A DNA stretch of 64,000 nt from the NCBI GenBank assembly GCA_965644495.1, contig CBFFSA010000004.1:310001-374000 (forward strand), given 5' to 3'. The translations under genes and the position numbers were made by a program. Below, in pieces: positions 1 through 11,620 of this stretch (position 1 is its first letter; every line of letters starts with the position of its first letter). Under the pieces are notes generated by a model. The model did no database searches. It was given only the letters and a program-made list of their open reading frames with translations, and was not told where the DNA came from. This DNA comes from Perkinsela sp. CCAP 1560/9 (lineage: Eukaryota; Protista; Euglenozoa: Kinetoplastea).

Positions 1-293
1 GTGGAGGAAGGGAAGGACGTGTGGTGAGGGGCAGGAAGTGGGGGAAGGAAGGAAGTAGGGTGAAAGCTTTTTGGGTGAAGGATTGTGTGGAGAGTAGGAA
101 AGTTGGAAAAGTAGATAAAAACATTAGACTCAATACTAAAAAAAAATAAAAAAAACAATGGTTGGTTCAGGGGAAAAGAATGTGAAATGGTATTGTGAAT
201 AGCAAACGAGTTGGAGGTACGAAAAAAAATAAAACAAATTGTTTGGTTCACGGGGTCAACAGGATAAAAAGGGGAAAGGGGAGCATGCTTTCG

Positions 294-323
294 CTTTAGA
301 CGTATAAAGATTCAGTTTCTGTA
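294..323 (+). other. degenerate spliced-leader-like exon relic
   Basis: tttagacgtataaagattcagtttctgta resembles the SL-like copies at 59028 and 62847 and the kinetoplastid core CAGTTTCTGTA. Confidence 0.45.
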
Positions 324-415
324 TTTCACAGCGCCCTACTCGCTTCGCAGAAAATGAGTGTGTATTTTGTGTCAGAACCTGGCAACAATTTACATGATTC
401 TTGACTACGGAAGAA

Positions 416-665
416 AGTACTCATCCAAAGTACCATTCGCAGAGGTCGTTTCAATGAGTTTCTCATCCAAAGTACCATGTGGAGAGGTCGTTTCGATGAG
501 TGCTCATCCAAACTGCCATTACAACGCGATCTATGATTTGGATGAGTACTTCCATTTTCGTCAGAGGGCGGTGATAGTAGTTTGGATGAGTACTCATCGA
601 AACTACCACAACCCCCTAGGAGGCAATGGTAGTTTGGATGAGTACTCATCGGAGCTACCACAATC
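416..665. repeat. array of palindromic GATGAGTACTCATC-core repeats
   Basis: about 6 copies of (ggtagttt)ggatgagtactcatc(gaaactacc); a related array lies at 37412-37600. Confidence 0.8.
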
Positions 666-823
666 CCGATAGGCCTATCAAGGCAACAAAAAGGGGTATC
701 TTGTGTATTAAAAAAAGCTGTGGAAGCCTTCTACTAAAGAAGGCTAGTAGTAGCCGCAAACCTCTATATTATTGGAAAAAGGTAAATAGCTTAATAATTA
801 AGGGGTAAAGCACGTAAAAACAG

Positions 824-1861
824 TTAAAATTTGAATACGTCCCATTGATCATCGAATGACTGCCACCAAGGGTTCCCTGATTTAGAGCCGGATGGAGAAT
901 TTTCCTCCTTATCAGCGTCGATTAGGGTTTCGGGAACAGAACCGTTGTATACGTACCACACATCAGAAGACGTGTCCCACTTGGCAAACCGTGTTGGAAG
1001 CTTGCTGAGGTATAAGTTCTTACGTGGGGGATCGTACACACAAATCTTATCAAGGTGATTGGGCGCTTTGCTCGTATCCAGATAAACTAAAACTTCGTTG
1101 GTGAACAGCGAAAGGAAATATATTGAGTGGGGTAGCTGAGAAATATCAACCACCCCCTCAAACTTATTTCGTGCTAGCGCCAGCTGTGTGAGATCGGGAG
1201 GCACATGTGAGAAATCAAGTACCCCTGTAAATGAGTTATTGTGCAAAGACAAAGTATGTAGACCACGAGGCAGAACACTCAAATCAAGATACCCTTCCAA
1301 TCGATTGTGGTCTAGAAAAAGTTTGCTTATTGTAGGTGGCAAAAAGCCGAAAAGCACACTTCCCGAAAAATCATTCGAGTCAATTAATAGGTCTCGTATT
1401 GTAGGGGGCAAGGAGGTGAGGTCCACTTTCCCCGTACAGCAATTTGATCTTGCCCAAAAAAAGTGCAACGTGCGTGGAAGTTCACTAAACGCGATTTCAC
1501 CATTCAGTTTATTGCTATCTAGATAGCAATCTCGAAGTTTCTCCGCTGAGTGTCCAATATTGATTGGACCTGTCAAATGATTTCGTTCCACACGTAGGTC
1601 TTTCAATGTGTTTGGAATAAAGGCGAAGTTGAGGCTGCCTCGAAGGCCCAAAGCCGACCAGTAGATTGAGTGAATCTCACTGTTTTTAGATAACTGAACG
1701 CCACCCCAGTCTTCAGCAGTATTTTCTACGGTCCACGAGGGATGTGGATTGGAGATGTTCGCCACAAACTGAGCCAAGTGATATTCGGGCGCCAGGATTG
1801 ATTTATGTACTTTGGACGGCCTTGCATGAGAGGCGTCATAATTAAATACAGCCGAAAGCAT
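824..1861 (-). CDS. leucine-rich repeat protein (Perkinsela-type LPxxLxxLxLxxNxxxG family)
   Basis: about 9 LRR units after a W..WxGV cap; first ATG at 1861 (the ORF track starts at a TTG). Confidence 0.9.
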   Translation of the reverse strand: MLSAVFNYDASHARPSKVHKSILAPEYHLAQFVANISNPHPSWTVENTAEDWGGVQLSKNSEIHSIYWSALGLRGSLNFAFIPNTLKDLRVERNHLTGPINIGHSAEKLRDCYLDSNKLNGEIAFSELPRTLHFFWARSNCCTGKVDLTSLPPTIRDLLIDSNDFSGSVLFGFLPPTISKLFLDHNRLEGYLDLSVLPRGLHTLSLHNNSFTGVLDFSHVPPDLTQLALARNKFEGVVDISQLPHSIYFLSLFTNEVLVYLDTSKAPNHLDKICVYDPPRKNLYLSKLPTRFAKWDTSSDVWYVYNGSVPETLIDADKEENSPSGSKSGNPWWQSFDDQWDVFKF

Positions 1862-2044
1862 ATCAACGGATTGTGTAACTATAGAAGAAAAAACTCGCCA
1901 ATGTGACTTCAATGTTTGTCATTCGTTTATTCGCTAGTGCGTAGGTAAAAGGCTTAGACAATTTTAATAGATACACAGCAATTTTTATCCTAGTATGCAG
2001 TATATTTTATGTGGAGTTAAATGAGGGTTGTAGGGGGAACTTTG

Positions 2045-2362
2045 CCCCTAAATGACATTTTTACCCCTTAATGACATTTTTACCCCTTAATGACATTTCT
2101 ATTCCAAGATTAAATTTTTATCCCAAAAGCGACCCCCGCTAAATAGGGGGGAAGGTGGTAGTTGTGGGGTATGGAGGCCTTCACGCAACTCCGGGGCCTT
2201 ACCGGGAACAGAAATGGGACACCATGGTTCCAGTATTTATAGTCCGTCACTACTTTTTTGTAAAGCACTCCTTAAGTGATGAAAAAGTCATTAAGGGGTA
2301 AAAATGTCATTAAGGGGTAAAAATGTCATTAAGGGGTAAAAATGTCATTAAGGGGTAAAAAT
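2045..2362. repeat. foldback-like element with inverted arms of 20-bp tandem units (aatgacatttttacccctt)
   Basis: 3 units at 2045-2098 and 4 reverse-complement units at 2285-2362. Confidence 0.75.
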
Positions 2363-2384
2363 CGCCGGGTTGTAGAGTTAAATA

Positions 2385-2554
2385 AGGGGCTGCGGGTATG
2401 ATTTCGCGTGATCTCGTTTTGAGGTCGTCCAACCACCCTCCCGAGCCAAATCCGCTCTCGAGTGATCTGACGTGGTCTCGCATGATCTCGCGTGATCTTG
2501 CATGATCTCCTGTGATCTTGCATGATCTCGTCTTGGGCCTCACCCGCAGCCCCT
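2385..2554. mobile_element. MITE with AGGGGCTGCGGGT TIRs and internal gtgatctcgc repeats
   Basis: TIR pair visible; same TIR at 27694/28936 and 36343. Confidence 0.75.
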
Positions 2555-3337
2555 CGAATATGTATTTCGGAGTAAAATCTGTCCAGGGGCGTTGGACGTG
2601 TAAACTCATCTGAACGATCGCGAGCTCTCTACCCCTTACGTTCTGTGGGTTTTCTTTCATGTCTACGAACATAGCTGTATTTTCAAATACATCCGGAGCC
2701 TAGATCGGGTGACGACACGAGTTTCGGAAAAATTCCTAACTACTGAATACTGTATATTGGAAAAGAACTACCGACGGTGGCGCGTTTTGTACCGCGCCTC
2801 GTGTCTCGACCCAATAAAGTTCCATCAGCTTCTGTGCTGAATCGCAATAAAACTTTGAAAGAGCCTGGTTCTATTCAACATATCATAGAAACTGCAAGTA
2901 CCTTCTTGGAAAATGCTTCAAACGGAAGTTAATGGCAACTTCGGTGACCTGTGCCTCAGCACAGTTGAAGGACGAAATTCTTTTAAAGAATTTGGACCGT
3001 TCCCATACCACACGATTAAAACTTTCTTTTTCCTTCTGAGAAGCCATAAAACGTAACAAATACCAAAAAAGGTAAAATCCACCCCAGTGGAACCATTACC
3101 CGAAATGATGTGGTGTTACCTGAGCGGTGGAGGAGGGAAAGAAGGTCACAGAAATGTAGCTGAAGGTCGTGTTTGTAAGATAAGAAAGAGGGTGACTTTT
3201 CTTAACTTACAGATAGTCCAAACAGAAAAAACAACTACCGCGTTTAACGAAGCGAATAAAAAAATTAGTGACCAACCGCCGCATTAATAAAAATGAGCAT
3301 CGCAATAAAAAACAACTGAATAATTCTATGAAAAACA

Positions 3338-4165
3338 TCACCCCATTAAAAACAATTGCGGACTCATAGGTGTATCGAAGAGAACGTTTTCCGGGAGCGC
3401 GTGAACTGAAGGCGGCATCAGATACGATTGAAACATATTATCGTACAACGAGATCTCCAATGGAGCATCTCCTTTCCATTTGTCACCTAGAATGGGTACT
3501 AAATCAATAATCCCTTCAAAACGGTTATTGTGTAAGTCCAAATGAGTCAGGGATGCAGGTAACCCTTCGAGGCATACAGGCCCATGTAACAGATTGTTAT
3601 TCAAGTTCAGTTGCTGTAGCACAGGAGGTAAGCCCGACAAACATATGCATCCTTCAAAATTATTGCGTTCTGCAATGAAAACTTCAAGTTTTGGTGGCAG
3701 AGCACTTAACAAAATCTCTCCAGATAACTTGTTCCTGCGAATATTGAGAAAAGTTAAATATACAGGGAGCTCATTGAGTGCGATGTTGCCGCTTAGGTAA
3801 CTGCGGTGTTTCGCTACCTCACATTTCTCCAAGGTGGGAGGCAAATAACGCCAACATAAACTTCCTTTCAAAACAATTTCCTTGGCTTTACCAAACCAAC
3901 GAATGCCCATAACATTTCTTTGCGCATCACAAACGACACCTTTCCATGTACAGGGTGAAACTTCACGAACTTGACCAAAGAAATTACGTTTACTTCGTAC
4001 CCACGAGGACGGATGATGCGTGAGATTACTGACCAGCTTAGACATAAGCTCTTCTTGGGGAGCCAATAGTGCAGACACTTTTCCCCGACGATTGGACGAG
4101 GGTTGTGTGTCGGCGTTCGACACACGACGCATTGAGACGAAGTTGGCCAAAGCAACCGCAGTCAT
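3338..4165 (-). CDS. leucine-rich repeat protein
   Basis: CxWxGVxC cap plus LPxxL..NxxxG repeats; close paralogue of 26772..27584. Confidence 0.92.
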   Translation of the reverse strand: MTAVALANFVSMRRVSNADTQPSSNRRGKVSALLAPQEELMSKLVSNLTHHPSSWVRSKRNFFGQVREVSPCTWKGVVCDAQRNVMGIRWFGKAKEIVLKGSLCWRYLPPTLEKCEVAKHRSYLSGNIALNELPVYLTFLNIRRNKLSGEILLSALPPKLEVFIAERNNFEGCICLSGLPPVLQQLNLNNNLLHGPVCLEGLPASLTHLDLHNNRFEGIIDLVPILGDKWKGDAPLEISLYDNMFQSYLMPPSVHALPENVLFDTPMSPQLFLMG

Positions 4166-4255
4166 GGTGTGTAAACTGCGAGGTCCGAAATAAAATATTT
4201 GAATCGGTTTATGTTTGAAGCAAAAGCTCCCCGAAAAGTAGTCTGCCGTATAATA

Positions 4256-5865
4256 CTGTACCTCCCCTAGTTATCTGTCGCACCCCCACCCCCCCTAGTT
4301 ATTTGTCGCTTTTCGGCCCTTCGAATTTTTTTTTCCTTCGAACACCCCCCTAGTGATCTATCGCCTTTCTAAACAAAAATAAAAATTTATAAAATTAGAA
4401 GCGAAACTTCAATTCTTTTTTTCTGTTCTGCTTTCAGGATAATGGTTTTGCGTGGCGTTCTACGGTCATAATTGGAAAACAGGAGTCGGAGCTCGTTATC
4501 CCCTCCATCATCCCCTTCATCATCCCCATCATCGTCCGCTTCGGTATCTCTTCCATCATCCCCTTCATCATCCCCGCCCTTATCCCCTTCACTGCCGTCT
4601 TCGCCATCCCCTTTCTCTCAGAAGTCTCAGCCGTCTTCCCTTTCTCAGCGACCTATCGGCCCGCTTTCCTCTTGGATTAAAGCAAGGCCGCCTGCTCCAC
4701 GAGTGGGCCCTCTTATTACTCCACTGCACGAGAAATCTTCCGATGTTCCCACTGTGCTAGTTAAAACTTCTAAAGAACTAACTGCACAGAATACATTGTA
4801 TATGTCAGAGTACCCTGAAGACGAAGGAGCTTAGCGAATCCTTTTCGGTAACATTACGTACAATGCAACGCATCAAGGAAAAGGGTGCAACACATTGTCA
4901 GGCCACGATAACGAAAGCAGGAGGAAAAAGTAAGCGGCTGCGGAAATTTAATCACGACAGAGAAGACACCACCTTCTCTTGCCCCGCAACTATAAGAGCA
5001 GTCTCCGAAAGCAGATGAATGGGCACGTCTGCGACGAAAAGGTGCGCTGATTCCCTCCACCAAGCTTGACTTTCTTTGCGATAGACTTTTTCTTGTTTAT
5101 AAAGAGAAATTTCCTTCTGAAGATGTAATTTTCTGGAACGTGCAGAATATGCTTCTTATTATGGGACGAGCCAAATTTTCATCTCAAGCCTCACATAGCA
5201 CCCGCATATTTGCATGTTTGTACTATGCATATCACTACGTTCTAGTTCATGTGCGGGGTCATATTATAGCGATTTATGACAGTTTCAATGGGTACGCGTC
5301 TCAAATTTTCAATGATAATATAAAGAAATTTAAAGATCGTGTATGTGAACATTTGAAAACGGACTCTTCACCGTATTATAGTGCCATATTATAATAGTGC
5401 CAATGTGTTGTCCGCAGCAAGGTTCTGGTGAAAACAGTTGTGCAATTCACGTGATAAATAATATGTATTGCACCTTATTTGAAATCCGTGATATTGACAT
5501 TATTTCCCGTCGTGACATTTTTGAAAATTGGAGTCCGATAGCTCCCGATGTTTTACTTTAACCCATGGATGTAACATAATTAATATTTTAACTCTATAAA
5601 ATGTGTGAATTACTCGCTGGGCTTCTTTTAACCCGTAGGCGCATGCCTTCAGCTTGTAGTACCCTATTGGGGTAGAAAGGAATCTTCCTAGGCAATAAAG
5701 ATACCGTTTCTGTAACATTTCGTTCCCTCGTTTCTTTTGGCGACGGACCCCCCTAGTTATCTGCCGCACTTTGGCCCCCCTAGTTATCTGTCGCACCCCT
5801 ACCCCCCCCTAGTTATCTGTCACCTTTTCTCGAAAAGTAGCAACAGATAACTAGGGGGGGTACAG
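4256..5865 (+). mobile_element. non-autonomous pogo/Tc1-type DNA transposon carrying a Ulp1-like protease remnant
   Basis: TA-flanked TIRs CTGTACCYCCCCTAGTTATCTGT; internal YHYVLV..YDS..PQQGSGENSCAIHV fragments. Confidence 0.75.
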
Positions 5866-6666
5866 TACTTTTCTGAGAAATCCTTTATAGGATAATCCTT
5901 TAGCCGTTAAAGTCTAACGTTACGTAGCCCAAATCACTTACAGCATTTGGCGCGAGTTTTCTCTTATTTTAGACAAAAGTCAATCCTGTAATCTCCAATC
6001 ATACAGGGCACAATGTTTGTTGCCGTTTGCAGACAATCAACTTACGGTGTACACTAGTGAATACGTGTCGGGACGATTTACCCACTAGAACCTTCATGGG
6101 CCAGCCTTTGAAACGAGGTACATTCACATTTGCTACAGCAGGCGCATGTAAGCACGCACTGTAATCCCGCCCATCTCGCCAAGGAGGAGTCTATTAAGTT
6201 TTTTTGCATCTCGACATGTTTATCCTTGTTCAAACCCCATCGCACTTGCGACCACGATATATTTACTTTTTCCTGGAAAAGATCTACACCATCTTTTCGG
6301 ATGGAATGGATGCCTCGAGATCAGACGCCGTACTTCTCGCTGATTTGTTGAGCACTGCTACTCGAGTAGCACACATTCAACTTTTCCTGCATTGTTGGGT
6401 TCTTTCTTCCATGGGGTGATCCGACGGACACTGGTAATGTGACAGGCTCCGCGCTCGAAACTGTTGTTTCGTTGGGAGGCCCAACGCGATGAAGAGGGGG
6501 ATGAAGCTTACCACACTGTGAGTAATGGCATGGGAAAAAATACCGGAAATAAATTAATATCTAGCAATATCTCTACACACATCTCTAATTTTAATACAAA
6601 AACATGTAGAAAATTGTTAAAAAAATGCGCCGCTTCGCGGCACAAAATTTCTTGGCCGGAAGAATA

Positions 6667-7690
6667 CAGTCCAGGTATGGGTTTCCCCCCAGGCTCCTGA
6701 GCACACCGTAAGAGCTTTTGACCTAATTCCTTCGGCATTCAACAGATCTCGAAAAACTAGAGCTTTTCCCGTCGTTTGTTTGCCCATCACCCCCCCTGGG
6801 TTCTGGGTGGGTGTGATCAAAGATGACAAATTTCAAAAAATTAAAATATTTTTGAAGGGGGGTAAAAAATGACAAAAAAGGTGTATGAATTCCTATATTA
6901 ATACCCACAATGGTCTCCTTGAACGCTCTGCACTATTCGCAAGCGTTTAGGTACTGAAGTTATGCAATTTAAGACTTGGCGTCGATAAGGATGACGCTTA
7001 AGCATCATGAAGGCTTTCTTTATTGCCTTCCGGAGCTGTGTTTCAGTCTCTGGCTTCAGAATTTTTTTTACAATTCGGTCCATTATTGACCAAACATTCT
7101 CGATCGGATTGAGGTCAAGAGAGAGTGCTGGCCACTCCAATCGAGTAATTCCTTTTTCGAAAAGGACACGCTTCGTTTTGTTATGCGTGGCCGCGTTGTC
7201 GATTTGCACAATCGCTTGTTCTCTATTTTCAACTAAAGATTCAAGAATACCCCCCCTTTTTGCCTGCCAATTTTTTTTAGCTAAAGTATGAATCGAGTTT
7301 CCTTTTTTATATTGGCGGACAATTTCAAGGCGCTCTGGGAGTGCACATCGCGAAGTTTTATGGGTAATAGGGGGTGTCTTGTTTTTCGGCGAGTTGGAGT
7401 ACTGACCTTTAGTAGATTTAACGGGGGTATCCCTCAAATTCATAGAATAAGAAACCATATTTGAATTAAAAACTCCCAATTTTTTGAAATATTGGATTCT
7501 TTTTGGTAAAATTATGCTATTTTTTCGTGTGTTTTCAGAATAGTTTTGACCCAGGGGGGGGGGGGGTGATGGGGAAAAAAACGACGGGAAACGCTCTACT
7601 TTTTCGAGATTTGTTGAATGCCGAAGGAATTAGGTCAAAAGCCCTTACGGTGTGCTCAGGAGCCTGGGGGGGAAACCAGTACCTGGATTG
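6667..7690 (-). mobile_element. internally deleted Tc1/mariner (IS630-like) element
   Basis: ~150-bp TIRs flanked by TA; ORF 6898..7479 has an HTH start and DNAATH...WPALSLDLNPIENVW. Confidence 0.88.
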
Positions 7691-7881
7691 TAAAGCGGGG
7701 GTGCAGATTTTTCATCTGAATGAAAACGAAACTATAAAGGGGGTGACAGTATATTGATAGTTTTGTAATTTCGGCGAACCCTGTATACAAGTACGAAAAA
7801 TAAAATATTTATTCCGTGATAATAATAAAAATTTAATTTCCCAAAGATAACTGCCATCGATTTCAGAATTCAATTCAAAAC

Positions 7882-8634
7882 TCATTTTCTATCGTGTTGT
7901 ATTCCAACGTTAGCCACGCGTGGCGGAGGCTGAGGCAAAATCTGCGAAAAGCAGTTGTCGGATATGTCGATGGACTCCAAAAGTTTTGGCAGAGAGCCAA
8001 GACGTGCTGTCCCTTCAAACAAATTGTTTTCCATATCCAGCCGAGACAACTTGTCAGGTAGATGTTCCAGGTCAACGGTCCCAGTAAACTTATTTTGGCT
8101 TAGGAAAAGCCAACTCAATTTCCATGGGAGTCCCGAAAGGTCCAAATTTCCGCATAACTTATTGTGGTTTAACTGTATTTCTATTGAGAAGGGGGGCAAG
8201 ACGGTCAAGTCTACAGTACCCTCAAATATGTTGTGATGCACAGAAAAAAATGCTATTTCACGTGGCAAATCTTTAATGGATATCGCTCCCATAAACTGGT
8301 TCATCCCTAGGTCGATTATGTTCAATGACGCAGGCAAATAGTCCCACGCCACTGAGCCAGAAAGTTTGTTATTTTCTAAGCTGAGTTCTTCAAGAGACTG
8401 AGGCAATGCGCTCCATAGAATGGACCCACTCAAGTAACGATTTTCCCAAGATACGTTACGAATTTTTCCTTCATCACTACACACGACACCATTCCATTCG
8501 CAGACGTCTTGCTCTACACTCCAAGTCTTATCCGGATTATGGATCAAAGATACAACTTGGCTGAGCTGTACTTCCGGGGGCAATATAGAGCCCCGAACCT
8601 TACCCAGTTTTACGTCTGCGAGGGCGATAATCAT
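7882..8634 (-). CDS. leucine-rich repeat protein
   Basis: CEWNGVVC cap and about 7 LRRs. Confidence 0.92.
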   Translation of the reverse strand: MIIALADVKLGKVRGSILPPEVQLSQVVSLIHNPDKTWSVEQDVCEWNGVVCSDEGKIRNVSWENRYLSGSILWSALPQSLEELSLENNKLSGSVAWDYLPASLNIIDLGMNQFMGAISIKDLPREIAFFSVHHNIFEGTVDLTVLPPFSIEIQLNHNKLCGNLDLSGLPWKLSWLFLSQNKFTGTVDLEHLPDKLSRLDMENNLFEGTARLGSLPKLLESIDISDNCFSQILPQPPPRVANVGIQHDRK

Positions 8635-8923
8635 CTAAAAATATGGCAGATAAACAAGAAATTGTGTGATAGGGCTGCATAACTCTTATTGCCCAACCGT
8701 TAACACACACTCCATTTATCTTAGGTAAAATTAAACAAAAATCAAATTAATCTCAGATCTATCTAAGTAAAATTCAATAGCTAGATAATCTAGTAGGCAA
8801 TAAAATGAATCATTTCCACCATCATGAACGAGCAAGACAAAAAAGATAGTGAGTCGCTCTCCAATAAAAAAATACTAGTATGTGTTCACCCATATTTGTA
8901 CAAGACAATGCGAGAATGGTTTC

Positions 8924-11023
8924 TTAGCTCTGTTGTTCCATATCGATAAGTATGCGCCGTTGTGTTGTGTGGGAACTCGGAGGTGTGGTATTTTTCGCAA
9001 TGCTGTTATGCGTATCTCGACGTTCAGGTGAATCACATAGCAGCGGCTTCCGTGTGTTGTTAGGTGTGTTTGGACGATGAATGGTTTTCTCTCGCTCTGA
9101 ATCATCGTTCTTGCTTTTCTGCGACCTTTTTTTCAGTTCCACGTTAGACTCAGTTTTAGGTTTGCTTGATTTTTCTGACGTTTTCGTTTCCTTCACGCTC
9201 CTATTCTTTTGCAAATAACGATCGATGCATGTGTCTCGCAAAACCCCATGTGGTTTTGGTGGATTCGGTATCCAAATTTCTTTATCCAAATCCGTTGCTC
9301 GTGGTTCCTCCGTGGGGTCCGCCCTCCAATGAAGAGCCGAAGGTTCGGAATGGGCATACAGCGATGAGGCCTCCTGTGCCATTCGGTTTAGTTGACCTCG
9401 CTCATAGCGTGTAAGTCCTGTGGAAGAATTCGAGGAAGAGGCAGAAGATTCATCAGAAGAAGATGAATCTGTACCACTGGATATTGACGTTGGTGTCAAC
9501 CTAGACCTAGAAGGCGTTGAAGAACAAGAATGTGTCCGTTGCGAGAGATCACGATGAGCTGTGCGATTTGCCTTCGAGGCCCTAGTATGACCAGTGGATT
9601 CACTTGAGCCCGTGGACTGCGAGGAGGTTTCCGACTCGGTGGCGTAGAAACTGTCATCATCTTCCTCCTCCTCGTTGGTGTCATTGTGATGCACTCCCCC
9701 AGTAGCGAACCAGGAGTTCACCCCCGTTTCCTGACGTTCCTGCCGTGCCCTCTTTTCATAACCCTTCGCCAGAGCCTGAATCTCATCTTCCTCTTCCTCC
9801 TCTTCTGTTCCGGAACTCCCTGAGGTGCTTGTCTCCGACACCGAACCCGAAGAATCCTCCTCATCACTTACGATTTCAAACCTCCCTCGAGGCTTCCCCA
9901 CCCTTTTTTGTTTTCTCTTTCCCCGACCCTTCCCCGAGCTTGACGACGACAACGACGAAGAAGAAGAAGAACAGGAAGAGCTCTCTTCCCCCTCCTCCTC
10001 CCCTCCCCCCAACACCCCCTCCGGGTCCCCCTCCACTAGTGTGTTTTCCAGATCCCCCCCTCCCCGCCTCACCTCCTCCAGCAGCCGGTTGTACCGGTAC
10101 ACATTGTAGTGCGCGTCCGCGTGCCAGTACGCCGTGGTGGTCCCGTGCAGCCGGTGGTACAGCCGACGCGTACACAGCACACTGTTCTGCGCACACAGGA
10201 AAGCGTGGATGTGCTCCCGCGTAGTGTGCTCCTCGGCCAACAGGGTCTCATGAAACCCTGCCCCCTCCCGTCCATGATGTACAACAGGGTTCTTTTTTCC
10301 CTTCTTGTTGTTGCTCTTCTTCTTTTTTCTTTTTTTCTTTTGATTTCTATTCTCATCCCTATTATAAGTATTACCATTATCATCACTACAACTATACTTT
10401 ATTTTATTTACATGGTGTTTTTTAATATGCACTCTCCAGTCCCGGGCCCGGAGAAACCCGACCCGGGTCAGCGACCCGTCCCGCTGGTGCAGGAACTGCA
10501 GCACGTCCAGCGGGTCCACCCAGCGCTCCTGCAGCCCGTTACGAGCGGATTCCGAGAGCGCCCCGGTGCTCTGCAGGAAGTCGAGGTAGAGCCCCACGGC
10601 CCGGGGGTAGCACACGGGGCAGAGGATTAGGTTCTTAGGGCTCAGCGGCTCGTGGAGCGTACGCAGCAGGTCGTCGAAGCCTTCCATAGAGTGTTCCACT
10701 GCGGGGGAGGGGTCGAGGGTGTCGCTGGGGGGGGTGGGGGTCGTGGGAGAGGGCTGGGGGAGAAGGGGAAGGGGACGGCCCTCGATTTTCTCCAGGTGTT
10801 GGATGAAGGCGGGGTCCGCGGGTTCACGAAAGTAGGGGGGCATCATGAAGGTTCCGCGTTCGTTGGCGATACGGAGGAGGGTGGAGGTGTTGTAGTGGAG
10901 GGATTCGCCGGAGTTGCCGACGGGGATGGCGAGGTGGCGTGGACCGAGGGGTTCATTGGTGATGGCGTCGACTTTTTGAGAGCGTAGGGAGTGGAGACGG
11001 TCGCGTTTGGAGACGCGGGGCAT
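8924..11023 (-). CDS. hypothetical host protein with N-terminal D-IT-E...YNxSTL-RIA...PPYFREP domain, CPVC motif and acidic/Ser-rich C-terminus
   Basis: 700-codon open frame on the gene-cluster strand, first ATG at 11023; N-terminal domain has a paralogue at 15853..16137. Confidence 0.8.
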   Translation of the reverse strand: MPRVSKRDRLHSLRSQKVDAITNEPLGPRHLAIPVGNSGESLHYNTSTLLRIANERGTFMMPPYFREPADPAFIQHLEKIEGRPLPLLPQPSPTTPTPPSDTLDPSPAVEHSMEGFDDLLRTLHEPLSPKNLILCPVCYPRAVGLYLDFLQSTGALSESARNGLQERWVDPLDVLQFLHQRDGSLTRVGFLRARDWRVHIKKHHVNKIKYSCSDDNGNTYNRDENRNQKKKRKKKKSNNKKGKKNPVVHHGREGAGFHETLLAEEHTTREHIHAFLCAQNSVLCTRRLYHRLHGTTTAYWHADAHYNVYRYNRLLEEVRRGGGDLENTLVEGDPEGVLGGGEEEGEESSSCSSSSSSLSSSSSGKGRGKRKQKRVGKPRGRFEIVSDEEDSSGSVSETSTSGSSGTEEEEEEDEIQALAKGYEKRARQERQETGVNSWFATGGVHHNDTNEEEEDDDSFYATESETSSQSTGSSESTGHTRASKANRTAHRDLSQRTHSCSSTPSRSRLTPTSISSGTDSSSSDESSASSSNSSTGLTRYERGQLNRMAQEASSLYAHSEPSALHWRADPTEEPRATDLDKEIWIPNPPKPHGVLRDTCIDRYLQKNRSVKETKTSEKSSKPKTESNVELKKRSQKSKNDDSEREKTIHRPNTPNNTRKPLLCDSPERRDTHNSIAKNTTPPSSHTTQRRILIDMEQQS

Positions 11024-11620
11024 GGGTGGGGAAAATGAGAAGTAGCACGATAGAGAGAGAGAGAAAGAGTCGGGGGTTGGGAGTGGAATGGTACTGGTAT
11101 TCAATATGGTGGTATGGGGTAGAACAGGGTAAGCTCAGATCGAACAAGTGTCGTATTAGAAGCAAATAAACTAACAACCAAATTTTCGTTAAACGTACTG
11201 GCAAATTTAAAATTAAAACACCACAATTTTACCCTTGTTGTAAAGAGCTGCAAAAAAAATCAAAACTCATTGAATTTCGAATTATTTAAAATTAACAAAA
11301 AATTGGGTGACCCCAAAAGAGTTGTTGACCGAAAAGAAGCGTAAAAATTTGTTATGCGAAAAAGTGATTTTCTCATATTATTGAAAACTATCTCGCCACC
11401 CGAACTTGGATTATAGTTGTGAAAGCAGAAATATTTTGAAATTTAGTTTTGTATTCCCATGTGTGTGAAATTTCAGGTTGCACTAAACCTTAGAAAAGTG
11501 AAGGTGAGGCTCAGTGCAGGTAGCTTCGTTGTAAGGTCACAATAAATTCAATAGTGAAAATAGTAAAATTAATGATGTTTTTTCAAAAATGGTTAGTAAA
11601 TTTTATGCTTTTGAAAGATC

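Noticed and set aside
416-665. CRISPR array or tandem hammerhead ribozymes (GATGAG..GAAAC)
   Set aside because: Eukaryotic context, no cas genes, several spacers are related; the hammerhead C3U4 is absent on both strands
5695-5714. SL-like ataaagataccgtttctgta
   Set aside because: Lies in a DNA-transposon subterminal region and the sibling element at ~15460 matches less well; may be chance
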